A DNA stretch of 63,949 nt, the filler included, from Klebsormidium nitens (lineage: Eukaryota; Plantae; Klebsormidiophyceae): the NCBI GenBank assembly GCA_000708835.1. It is 6 parts of 6 records of this genome, joined end to end, with 100 filler letters (N's around TTAATTAATTAA, not from the genome) between each part and the next. Parts side by side here need not be neighbours in the genome. Positions count along the whole stretch, not along the records: positions 1 to 12,917 come from DF238080.1; 5 more parts are not named here. The stretch is one strand, 5' to 3'. Under the pieces are notes generated by a model, which saw only the letters and a list, made by a program, of their open reading frames with translations, made no database searches and was not told the origin of the DNA. A program made the translations under genes and the position numbers. Below, in pieces: positions 1 through 11,358 of the stretch. How positions within the stretch are numbered: position 1 is the first letter of the stretch; every line of letters begins with the position of its first letter.

Positions 1-504
1 TTTCGCCTCCCTCGTCCCTCTCGCCTGTGTCAAGCTCCCCTGGTTGGAGGGATCATGAGATGATGATGCGAGCCTATGATTGTACATATCTTTTTCATTT
101 TGGCCATGATCGCATGTCAAGGACGTCATCTCGCAAGGACGCCATATCGCACGACACGCTTGTCGACTTCTGAGAAAACATCTGATTTACAGCGAATGAT
201 CTCTTTAGATTTATCCTTTTTCAGGGGCGCTTTTAGGTCCGGCAAATAAGTGGACGATTATTGGGCGAATGAAGATTTTTTCCAAGCATTCGCACATATT
301 CGCGAATGCAGATTGAGATTTTGACAAATGGGGTACCTATGTGCGGATTACCAACCAGCAAGCAGAACTGTCTTGAGCAGAAAGACAACATTTTTATAGA
401 GCAAGCGCCTCCATCCGAGAATGCCTGCAACCGTGGTTTTCGCACATGGCTGCCGTATGTGTGTCTAGTTATCCCGCCAGCGCTTCGCTTAAGCAGGCAA
501 ACCG

Positions 505-1939
505 TCACACTTGCGCGGCGCGAGCGTTCGCAAGGGGCGGCGATGATGGCGCCCTGGGATGCTGCAAGGCCTTGCATTCGGCCGTATCATGCGTACTGGA
601 GTTGTGATGCGTGCACCACTTCTTCGGCGCGCCGGGCGCCTGCTGCTTGGCGCGCTTCTTTGCGCATTGAGAAGCCCAGTGGCCAAATTCTCCGCATTCG
701 TAACACTTGCTCTCAGCCTTCGCTAAGCCGCCGCGCTGTGGCGCTGCCGCTGCGTTGGCCTGAACCATTGGGGCAATACGGCCCTTCTGCGCCGGTGGTG
801 ACCGGCAGTCCCTGGCGATGTGGCCGAACTGGCCACAATTGTGGCACTTGCGGTTGTCAGCGGCCCTTTCGGCGGGGCCAGCCGACTTCGCGGCGGGGCC
901 GCGTCCCGCGTCACTGTGTGTGCTCGGCTGAGAGGCGGAACTCCAGAGCGCTTCTGTGCAACGTTTCTTCTCCAAGCGGATTGCCACCTTGCTGATCTGT
1001 TCGACTGTTAGGTCGTCGTCACTTGTATCCTCGGCCCATACAACCCTCCTGACCTCGCTCCGAAACTGCTTCGGCTCAATTGTGTCAAGCAGCTTCTGGG
1101 CGGCCATGCCCTCTGGTCTCTGTAGGACCCTTATGAGCGTCTTCATCCTCTGAGTGAGGCTCGACATGCTCTCGTTCGTCTGCATATGGAAGCTGTTAAA
1201 CTCGTTTATCCGCGCAGTGGACTTTTCTGGAAAGAGGTCCTTGATCATGGCCCAGAACTGGCCGGTCGTTCGTCATATATTTCGAGGATCGCTGGTCTTT
1301 GCGGCTTGACCGGTGCCGTCGGGCCTGCGCGCTCGGTCGTTGCTAGCGCATCATGCTTTTCTTTATTACGCTCATATTCGGCGAGCTCGCGCTCATTCAT
1401 CACTCGCATTCATCACTCGCATTTATCACTCGCATTCATCACTCGAGCTCGAATGCGCGGAGGCGCGCCTCGTTCCGTTTGTCCGGATCGTCGGCCATGC
1501 GACTCTCAAGCTCACCGGCGTGATTGCGAGCCTGACCCGAGGTCAGCTCGACTAGGAAATAGAAGTACTCATTCTCATTCAGGTTCTCTGTATTAGGTCG
1601 CAGCTTTAGCTTTGACATCATCGTTTTATAGCTCTGTCGCAAATGCGACACACTCATCCCGTCTGGCCCGCCCGTAAAGCGGCCAGCACCATGCTGCGCA
1701 TGCATATTATCCATGCTGTCGTCGGTTTCGACAACCCAATTCACATGATTCGAATCAAAATTGTGCAGTGCACTCGATTCGGCAGGGGGTAGCACACTAG
1801 GACTCTCAACGATATAACCACTGTCAATGTCAGCAGTATACGACTGAGTAGAACTCCGTGTATCTGACTCGACCCTACTCTCAATCTCTCTGTCTCCCTG
1901 TCGATGGGGCAAGTTTCTAAAGTTGTAACGGTGCATCAA
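505..1939 (-). pseudogene. gag: Ty3/gypsy-like Gag, frameshifted, with three Zn knuckles
   Basis: ORF pieces 1439-1939 and 505-1248 are joined by a segment in a third frame (RELAEYERNKEKH...). They contain two CX2CX4HX4C knuckles (CHNCGQFGHIARDC, CYECGEFGHWASQC) and a CX2HX4HX4C variant (WCTHHNSSTHDTAEC). No clean pol was recognisable downstream. Confidence 0.8.
1394..1445. repeat. 13-bp tandem repeat x4 (CATTCATCACTCG) interrupting gag
   Basis: Units start at 1394, 1407, 1420 (one mismatch) and 1433. The array supplies the TGA that ends the 1439-1939 ORF. Confidence 0.95.
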
Positions 1940-3558
1940 CTCGACTGACCAACCGTTTGCGCTGTCTAAGCGCTTACACTCAATTCCCCTAACTCACTAG
2001 CGTTATTGGAGCGCTTATGCTAATCCTAGGGAGCGGCACTGTCACCTGTCTCCCCCCCTGCCGGGACCTTGTCTGATCACAGGCACTTGGGCTTCGTGGT
2101 CTCGCGCGCACACCCGAGTGGAACTAAGCGACGTAGCAAGCTGGTAAGGTATGGCGGAACCTGGCGGACTCACTCAAAGAGGGTCCAACACAATCTCACA
2201 AGGCGAACTCCCTTCAAGAAGGTTTCAGCGCAAGTGTACAATTGGCGACACGCTTCCAAAGAAGGGTCAGCACATGGGCGAACTCACAACGAAGGGTTCA
2301 GCACCTGACCGCGAATCGTCCCAACGGGGTTCAACTGGTTTCAAAATTTGATGTAGTTGTTGTGAACGGTAGTCTTAGAGCTTCACAACAAGCAAGTACG
2401 GCCTCGCCCCCTGAAGTTACTTGACCACGTCAAGACCCCAGGGTTGTTCAGGTTTTCAGCGTGTGTTATTTACCGTACCCTGTTTCACAAATCCCAACGC
2501 CGGCATCAGGCGGGGGACGCCATCTAGCTTACGATGCGTTCATCTAGCAAGCAGAGCCAATTGGCTCAAAGAGACTATGTCTTCTCACCTTCTGTCACTG
2601 GCGCGCTGCAGTTACTTGCAGCTGGCAGTGTACCGTACTGGCGGCAGCTGGAGATGTACTGTACTTGCTGCAGCTGGCCTCAACCCACGATGGCGCGCGG
2701 GTCCTGGCGGCGGTCTAGTGTCGTTGGACCTGGAGCGGCAACATGGCCTGCTCCTGGGCACGCTTAAGCACACCTCCAGTCCAGGCTGGCGCGCACCATG
2801 TAGGCGCGCTGACTTACGCAGGCATGTACCTGCACATGAAGCAATACGGCAATCCGGGGCTGCCCTCTAGCCTATCTTATGTCACCCATACGCTAAGACA
2901 ATGACAATTTGGCACGCTGCGCAAGCTGCAGCACTGGCAGTCCTGGCAGCCATGTAGCACCCCCAAGATCAGCTGTAATTACCCAATCACAAAAGGACCG
3001 TGGCGCTCTATCCCTCGGCGTCACCACTCCCTAAATGTGACCTCAAAAGCCTGACAAACAGTCCATATCCCTGGCTGGAATCAGCGCTTCCCCGTATGAG
3101 CAATGCAAGACAGTTTGGCTGGTAACAGTACCAAATCACCACCACTACTTAAAACCTGCGGCGCCCCAACGTCTCTGAAGGCGGCACCTCAATGCAATCC
3201 CCGTAAGCTGGAAACCCACCACTGCCACTACTCGGAAAGGCGGCAATGGCAAACTCTCAAAACCAAATAAGCAAGTAAGAAGGTGCCTGCCTCCGACCAA
3301 TGTCACCTCCAAGAACAGCACTCTGCGTCTGGGCACGTCTGGCCCGCAATACTTACTGTCCCTTCTGCTCAGTGGCTGCGTATGCGTAAGCGTATGCGTC
3401 CGCGCCCCCCACGTCAAAGGGGCAATCTTCTTCCCTCTCCTTCCGGCTCCTCGTGAGCCAAGGATTCTTCTCGCAAGTCCAAGGTTGGAACTCACGACAA
3501 GGCTGTGTTGAGAAGTGCAAGGAGAGAGGTGAATGCTAAGTAGACTAAAAGGATGCAA

Positions 3559-3570
3559 GCAGGGCCACCA
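3559..3570 (-). promoter_or_regulatory. Putative primer-binding site (tRNA-Ile-like) of an LTR retrotransposon
   Basis: The minus strand reads ...TGACA then TGGTGGCCCTGC. TGGTGGCCC is complementary to the GGGCCACCA 3' end of eukaryotic tRNA-Ile(AAT), and the orientation matches the gag at 505-1939. Confidence 0.6.
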
Positions 3571-3899
3571 TGTCAAGGCGCCAAGAGCTCCTCACGAGAG
3601 TCTACTCGCGAGAAGAATGGTCTCCTAGCGAGAGGTCTCTGCCTAATGTATGGCGTGGTCTGAGGCTAAACGTAAGACTAGCTAGCCTATCGAATCGAAT
3701 ACCAGCAGACTGAGATGTGACTCAAGTCGTAACTACTGTAAACATGCAATAGAGTCTGCGCTAACCGACTAAGGTAACCGCGTCTCTGCAATCAAGCTCG
3801 TAAGCTATGCAACGTCTCATAAGCTATGCGATAACACGCAAATCATGCAATACGCTACGCAACCGATGCTCTGCTATGCCGATGTCATACAGCGTGACA
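3571..3899 (-). mobile_element. Putative 5' LTR
   Basis: Begins TGTCA at 3571, next to the PBS. TGACA occurs at 3895-3899, with an alternative end at 3916. The partner LTR is not in the window. Confidence 0.5.
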
Positions 3900-4744
3900 T
3901 TAGTTTTTGTTTGACACATATGCGTGATCGAACAAGCCCGTTAGTACCCTGCTTCAAAACCGTGTCGCGACCACACGGCACTTGTCAAGCTTTGTCACTG
4001 CAAGCTTCAGACCATGAACTCTCTCTTGTTCAGGTGGATAAGCTCTTTGAGACCAAGGGACTCGATTACTACATCGACCGGGAGAGAGCGAAGCACCATG
4101 CCAAGCAGCAGGCCTACCAGCATTATTGAATCAGCAAAACGGACAGGGCGGATACTGAGGATGGTACTGACGTTGAGCTGAGACAATTTACTGAGGTAGC
4201 CAATTGAAGCTGATTGTTTACTATATACCAAGGATTGAAGCCTATGAATGTACAAGAGCGCAAGCAGAGGACGAGATAGAGTCCAGCTTTTGATATCGTG
4301 CGTAGATTGAGATAAGCCGTTCATGTTTGTTTCTGAGTGAGTTGATTATCATTATCATGATGGATTTGAGAAACTGCCATAGTTTTGTAACATAACCTGC
4401 CCTTCAAACGCGAGGCTTTAGTTCGAATCCAAACGTACCCGTTTCTTTAGGTTGGCTGTGCCAAGAGTGCGTCCAGCTTCACTATTTCAAGCGACTGAGT
4501 CCGGCGCACAGAGGACTCGAGCCCGACATAAGCTGATATAGTATTTAATTGTCTATACTGCCAGTGAGTTCGATGTTAAAGTTTTACTACCTAGGATACG
4601 CAGACGCATGACGGTGTCACAAGCTATACATAGCTTGCTAGACAGAGCATATTATGGCTGTTATGCTTCAAAGCCCAGTCAGGTTAGCGCTCAGGCTAGC
4701 GCTCAGGCTAGTTCAGTTGGCCTTCTTCAAAGTATATCAGGGCC

Positions 4745-5187
4745 GCGTGGTCTCATAAACAGTTTTACAGCCACTGCACGAACGTCGAACGCCGACAATT
4801 GAAATGGCGGAGGGGTGGGTCGGCGGCTGGCGAAAGTGCCCGGCGGACAAGCGGGTAGGGGGTCCGGCGGCGGCGGCGGCAGCCGGGTAAAGTACCCCGG
4901 GTAGACCCGCCCGCACATACCAAGACAATTTTCAATATATTGTGGTAGATTTAGGCTACTTGACATACGTATGAAATACCAACAGTGAATATGCGCTGGT
5001 TCCGTACCAAAACAGGCCGTATTCTGCGTTATAAGCGCAGTTTTTAGGTTTTTTTGTTCTCAATTACGGGGGGGTCAGCCTGGCGGCTGGCGTGAAAAGT
5101 TTCGCAAAATTCTGGGGGTCGGGGGTGTGGCGGCCGGCGAATTGTCGGCGTTCGTGCGGTCACTGTCAAAGTGTTGTGAGATCACGC
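4745..5187. mobile_element. Degenerate foldback/MITE-like element
   Basis: Imperfect ~50-bp inverted repeats at 4745-4800 (...GCACGAACG...CCGACAATT) and 5140-5187 (AATTGTCGGCGTTCGTGC...CACGC). No target-site duplication was resolved. Confidence 0.45.
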
Positions 5188-6352
5188 CCAGGACAACACT
5201 ATCCCAGCTGATATAAAATTCATGTCATACTTTATGCCTCATTTAAGCATTTCGCAACCAATTTAGCATTGGTTGCTCATGTACTATGCCTCGTCACCGA
5301 ATGAGGCCATTCGGTGTCAATCGGACGTTGATCAAAGAAAGCTGCATGCAAATCTGTTCCAGCCATGCGCTGACGTGAATTGAATTTCGGGCAAGCTAAG
5401 AATTAGCTTTGCAAACTGCAATAATAAATTGAAAACGTACTTACAGCTTTGCGGTCATGAGGCTCAGTGCCAGGCAGCTGGGCGCGCCCGCTCGATCCGT
5501 CGTGTGTCACACGTTGTCTAATGGCACGTTGTCTGATGGCACGAATGAATGTCGTATTGAATGATGCTTACTGTCACCTTACTGTCATTACTGTTCCGAA
5601 TGGTAGGTCAGTTTGGCAGCCCTGGCAGCAATGATCCTACTATCCTAGGCAATCATCCATTTCGGAATTTCGACGCAGCCGGCGCGCGCTCGCGGGCGTA
5701 CGTCGAATTGAATGATGTTCACACAAAACGAATTCAGGCCCTAAAGGCTTGCACTGAGGGCGTTAGTCGGTACCCGCATCTGCAGACGACAAGACGATCA
5801 ATAAGCTGCGCCCGCCAACATATTAGGACAAAAAACTCCAGAACCATGCATGCCTAAATTTTGTAGATTTTGAGTCCACCACGGCGTCGGACCGAGTGTC
5901 CCTCGAATTTTTCGTTCGACATGGAGTTTTTATTTTGTCGGCTGGGAGCCGACTGTTCTCCGTTCAGTCGGCTGGACCTGTGAACCGGTCGGCTTGTGTC
6001 AGCCAAACCCCTAAGATATACCTCGATTTTGTTCGGCTTTTCGGCCGACGCCCCTCGGTTGAGTCGGCCGGGTGGCAATTCCGTCGGCTGACGTTTGCCT
6101 GGTGTGACGAACACTGCCTCGAAAGTGTCCCATCGAATCTGATTGGTTGGATCGGCGGCCCGGGGTACCGGTACCGGGGGTACCGGTACCGGTCCGCCCG
6201 CAACGGCGCGACTGTTAAACGCCGAGTCTGCGGCTCAGACACTGCACGAGTGGTAGCTAGCTAGGTCACTTGGCTGGTCCTGAAAATTCGTACATACGCG
6301 ACTGTCTAAGACCATAAGCAGCCGCACTCAGTGCACTCCGAGTCCCGAAGTA

Positions 6353-7089
6353 CCGTACCAGCGTTTAATTTCGTCAACAAATAAATAATTATTTGGCCTG
6401 GCGAAAATTTCAAAAAATATATTTCAGGCGGTAATGAATCGATAAGCGAAAGGTCATTTTGAAGTGGTACCCCCCCTGATTATTTGTAGAGGGTTTTCGG
6501 CAGGAGCGCTGGGTACCCCCCCCATACCTACGGCCCAAGTCGAACTGGACCCTCGGGCCCCCCTCCCATACAAATCTTTTGCTTTGTGTCTTGAAGAAGC
6601 CAAAATTGGATATTTGAGTCGCTTATGCGGGCATACAAAGGCATTTTCATTGCTTATCTGAGTTAAAATTTCAGAAATTGGTCATTTTTAAGCAATCAAC
6701 ACAAGGACTTTTTGATGAATACTGGTCATATACGCCATTTGAAGCCTCATTTAGCCTCCTAATCACATGAAAATAGGGACCCAGCTCCGTGCTTCCCCCC
6801 CTTGAGCCAACTTGAAGGCCCAGCTCGCAACGCTTCCCCCCCATCAAGCCCGGCCGTGAGCAAAGCGTAGTTGTCCCCCCCGCCCCATAGGGGCCCCAAG
6901 CTGCGCTTCGCGACTCGGAGCCCTGGGCTCCCCCCCCTCACAAATAATTAGGGGGGGTACCACTTCAAAATGACCTTCCCCTTAAAACGCGGTAGGTTCT
7001 AGCAGGTAACATTGGGTCTGACGAACTCCTGAAACGGTTCATAATTAATCATTTGGCGTCGAACCTGACGAAATCAAACGCTGGTACGG
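6353..7089. mobile_element. Tc1/mariner(pogo)-type MITE, outer element of a nest
   Basis: 24-bp TIRs (CCGTACCAGCGTTTAATTTCGTCA at 6353-6376; partner 7066-7089, one mismatch). TA lies on both sides (6351-6352, 7090-7091). Confidence 0.85.
6445..6982. mobile_element. MITE nested inside 6353-7089
   Basis: 43-bp TIRs at 6445-6487 and 6940-6982 with about 3 mismatches (core AAGGTCATTTTGAAGTGGTACCCCCCC). TA flanks at 6443-6444 and 6983-6984. Confidence 0.85.
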
Positions 7090-7191
7090 TACCTAGCTGA
7101 CTGAAGTTCAGATAATATCCCGTCGAGTCAAAAGTATGAGCTGTCAAACATCGAAATTCGCCGTTTCCGGCGAGAAAATTGAAACTCTAGT

Positions 7192-7513
7192 CCGTACGAC
7201 CAAGGTATGATTCCGAATAAATAAATATTTATTTGCATTCGGAAAGTTGGAAATTCCGGATAAGCAGTCGGATTCTGCTTTTTCGGAAACCGAAAATATT
7301 TGTTAAATCCCGTTCGGAAAGTGATTGCAAAGGCCCTGTAACTAAAAGGTACGTACCGGCACACTTTAAAAGCCTCAAAAATATGGGTACCGGGGTACCC
7401 TTAGGCGATTCGGATTTAGGGTCGGAAAGTGGAAAATAATACATGAGTTGGGCTCGCATTCGCTAGAATAATTGCTTTTTTTGAGCATTCGGAATCATAC
7501 CTTGGTCGTACGG
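7192..7513. mobile_element. MITE with perfect 27-bp TIRs
   Basis: CCGTACGACCAAGGTATGATTCCGAAT at 7192-7218 and its exact reverse complement at 7487-7513. Internal TTCGGA(A) repeats. TA is present on the right flank only. Confidence 0.85.
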
Positions 7514-7564
7514 TATACCGGCTGGTCAAATTCGAGTCGTGAGCAGCCTATAGACTCCGGCGAT

Positions 7565-7716
7565 ACTGGCGACATCTGTGTTCACTTAAGTATGCGCCCG
7601 GGGCAAAAGCAAACTAAAATGATTTAACACGCTCCGCACCCGTACCCACCCTAACCCCCAAACCAACCCTACCCGTCCCCGGGACCTATACTTCAGTGAA
7701 CACAAATGTCGCCAGT
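7565..7716. mobile_element. Small foldback element with a CCCTAACCC-like core
   Basis: 29-bp inverted repeats at 7565-7593 and 7688-7716 (2 mismatches), around a C-rich CCACCCTAACCCCCAAACCAACCCTACCC tract. Confidence 0.7.
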
Positions 7717-8544
7717 TTGAAACGCGACATGACTTTTGGGGCTTGCGTTACTGAGTCGGCCCGACCTGCTGACGTGGGTTCGGCCAATCAGATTGCCCGA
7801 TACAGGGCCGAATGGTGGACTCAAAATTAAAGCCCACTGGCTGCACCTTCAAAAGTGTACTTTAATGCATTGAAGGCGGCCGCGTCTAGCTAGAACTTAT
7901 CATACCTTATAGAATAGTGTTCAACGCCGCATCGGGCATGGTGGATTGATTCGAAGTATGTGATCCCAGAGTTCGACGGACAGTGACATGGTCACCGTCA
8001 TGCCGGCCATGGGCATGCAGGACAGCAATGATCCGACATTGTCGGAGATATCCGAAAACCATGCGCTTGGACCAGACCGGACCGGACTGGATACTATGAT
8101 AATCAAGTTCATGACCGTCGTGTTCATGATGGAAGGACGATCACTCGGTTCAAGTGCACGGCACATGAAAATGATCTAGGCAGTGTCCCGCTCAGCACCA
8201 GATATGATCCATTCATCCGCAGCATTCAAGTTGTATGCGGTGGCGCGGCGCGCACTGCTGGCCGCTATCATGACCTGGTTGAGCGTAAAGCCATATCAAT
8301 TAGACCCACGCCAGTTGGGGGCGGGCCACACTGATGCGGAGCTGCTGTGGATTGACGTCTGCTTGCCGGTGGTTCAATCGCTTGATTGTCAACCGAGCCT
8401 CGATTCAAACGTCGAATGTTTCACTTCGAAAAAGCCAACCGCTACATCGGACTGTATAAAAGAATCTAAAACAAACCGGAATAGTTCGGAACTTTCAGCG
8501 AGTTTAGGAAGCGAAAAAATCCACGAACTGGCAAAATCTGAGGG

Positions 8545-11166
8545 TTAGTCGCCAGCAACGCTAGGTGCTTCAGCAGACTCGGCACCCAACTCGTCTGCTT
8601 CTTTTTGATTTTGAACTGCTGCTTGATACTCTTCTGTTTCCTTGTAGTCTGCTGCACCCCCGTTATACGAGGCGACTGCAACCGCTCCCCCAAGAGCCTG
8701 CAAGGTACACTACTTGCAACGCATCAGTGAATTGCTCAACTCATCAACTGTCACCTGATTGCGTGTGACGACAAAATTGTAAATCCAAGGAAGCAAAAGC
8801 AAAGGAGTTTCACTTTCAGCAAAGCTGGTCAGCAGATTGCTCGCACTGAGAACAGAAACCCAGACTGTTTCTAAGAGGTTAGCAAAGAGCCAGGTTCAAT
8901 AGCGACTCCGACCTCATCATCAAACGCGACGGATCCCTTGACCAAAAGCCTGCTAACAAATGTGATTTCGTGATACCGACTTGCAAAGCGCACCCCTGTA
9001 ATTCAAGTGGTTCTCATCCTCCCGAAAAGAATGAAAACCAGTGTCAGGGCCAACTAATATATGATCTCCCAAGAGATTCAAACAGATCGATATTGCGGAA
9101 AGGCAACTCGGAGGCTGCAACTTTATTGCAAGCGGGAACCAGACAATAACAACAGCCAATCAATCGTTTAGGGGAGCTCAAGCTGAAAGGGTTTTGCATA
9201 GACTTGGGAGATGCGCTCAGAATCTGGCATCTCCACTTTAGAATCGTACATCATAAGGAGCAGACGAGTGAGACAGCTCCCGATCCTGACGTACTCATAA
9301 GGACTTGCTGCTTAGGGTGCTCTGAACACTCTACATAGGCGGTGACTAGAAGAGGGGCATCTTTGTTTCAAGATGACCCAACAGCAAGTAAGTTTGCAGG
9401 CCCAAAGGCAGACGTGCTCACAAATACGCGACGAGGGTGCTTCATTTCAAATGTGCTCCAGTTGCTCTAGGCTACCTAAGATCTGCTGAACATGAAGCAC
9501 CACCAAATGGAAGAAAGTGATAAAGCTCCTTCGCCGTGGTTCGATGAATATGCTTCTAGAGCATCTCACACGTTTCATGCGTTGAACTCCACAAAGGTAG
9601 ACAAAAAGCCTCAGGGAACAAAGGAGCGCAAAGTCCAACACAAACTGCATTCTCGCCCACCAGTAAAACGAGTCAAAACATTCAAGGGGCAAGCCTGTGT
9701 TTGACTGTGAAAAGTGCCAGGCACCCTAAGGGACATATGTAGAAAACGCTCAGGACACAGGTTCAATGTGGCCGCCTCCCTTTGGTAGTAAAGCGAGTTG
9801 CAATGCAGACTCTGCCCAGAAGAAAGGAGCAAGCCTTATCCGCAACCACAGCAGAATGAGAAAGTCTCCGGGCATGGTGGCACATGGTGAATATTGAGTG
9901 TTGCCCAATCGGACAATTGGATGATATTAAGGATTGTGCCCCGGTGCTCATATTCTCCAAAGCCCTTCTATCGATCCCTTTGATGCATTTTGGAAGTAGA
10001 ATCTGACGCGGCCGGGATAGAGAGAGATTGCCAGGATTGTTTCTCCTTATAAAATCGTACTGAAAAGCCTCGAACAGCGAAAACAGTTCCCTCAAACGGC
10101 ACTGCTTCACGCATCCCAAGCAGACGCATCCCAAGCAGACACTGTGCAGGGAATTGGCTTGATTGCGAAAGGCGGAGCTTGGATCGAGAATACTAAGCGA
10201 GAAGAATCTCAAGGACGTAGAGTACACCACAGAAGGCTGGAGGAGTCAATCTGGCACCAGTGTTTGACTTACCAAACGAAACAACAGATAAGAAAATTGG
10301 AGCAATTGTGCAACGGAGCAACGTTTCAGGAACCCAACAAAATTTAGGCTTGGGCCATGATTCTCTCTAACGACCAGCAACACACCCCAATTTTGCAAAC
10401 TCCAACAACTGTGATGAATCTTCCATGCGCAATGCTGTGGCAATGCTGTGGATCTCAGAATTGGTGGTTTTCACTCTGGATGAGGCACAGGTGACCTGAG
10501 CAGAATGACGAACCCATAAAGGAATTGTGCCGGCATGCTTTTCAGAAGTGCAATGCTCACAACTTGCTCAAAATTGATTCATTGCAGCCACCAATTTCCT
10601 CTGTCGCCCCCTTCGCCTGCTTACGCAACTACCATGAGCTCATTGTACTTTGCACGACACCATTCTTGTCACCTTCACCCTCTCCTGCCTCCCGTAAGCA
10701 AACTTTATGCAAACCGCACGGAGACGAGTAAGACCCTTACCGCAAAAATCAGAGCAAACAACGGCATCCACTGCACAAACGTGCCCAGGAGGTTCCACCG
10801 CTCCCCCTCCCAAAACCCCGGCTCGTCCAACCAAGGCCTCTCCAGTCCATCACTGTAGTCCTCCTTTTTCCACTTGTCCGGCGTGTCTTCCTCCTTCACA
10901 TTCAAGTCCGGGCCTATCTCTGTTTTCCTAATCTGCCGCCTCCGTGTTGGACGCGTTGCGCCCGCAACGTGAGAGTCTCTCCGCCTGGAAGGCTTGGGAC
11001 TTTGAAAACGCGAAACACTAAAAAGACTGAGGCCCACTTGAACGTCCGGGATTGGGCTGAGCCCCACAGAATTGGGCCTGTTCTGGGAAGATTCACAACC
11101 ATGTGTAATTTGTGATACGGCACACGGCGACACCGCCTGCGAGGCTGCGCAATACGCCATGCTCAT
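8545..11166 (-). CDS. Putative plastid-targeted single-pass membrane protein, 2 exons (11166-10741, 8697-8545), ~192 aa
   Basis: Ser-rich N-terminus resembling a transit peptide. WLDEPGFWEGERWNLLGTFVQWMPLFALIFA|ALGGAVAVASYNGGAADYKETEEY joins in phase 0 across a GTAAGG...TTGCAG intron. It resembles a conserved land-plant family I recall (FWEG.W..LG..VQ...YN.GA.DFKET), which is unverified. Confidence 0.72.
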
Positions 11167-11276
11167 GTTAGCAAATGCTGGCTGTTCGTGAAACCTACGG
11201 GGCCAAGGAGTCACTTTGGAATCCAGTACTGAGGGAGAGCAGCTGCAGCCACACCAGTATCTTGCGGAAAGGCCGT

Positions 11277-11358
11277 CCCTAGCTGCGCGTATACACGGGG
11301 GTATTGAGGCAATGAGGCCCTAGCTGCGCGTATACACGGGGGTATTGAGGCAATGAGG
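11277..11358. repeat. Perfect 41-bp tandem duplication
   Basis: CCCTAGCTGCGCGTATACACGGGGGTATTGAGGCAATGAGG occurs at 11277 and 11318. Confidence 0.95.

Noticed and set aside
1-504. Expected protease/pol downstream of the left gag
   Set aside because: No D(T/S)G motif in an open frame was found; the sequence is too decayed to assign.
8950-10450. Possible decayed retroelement coding sequence within the 2-kb intron
   Set aside because: No RT, integrase or knuckle motif could be recovered in any frame, so a call is not supportable.
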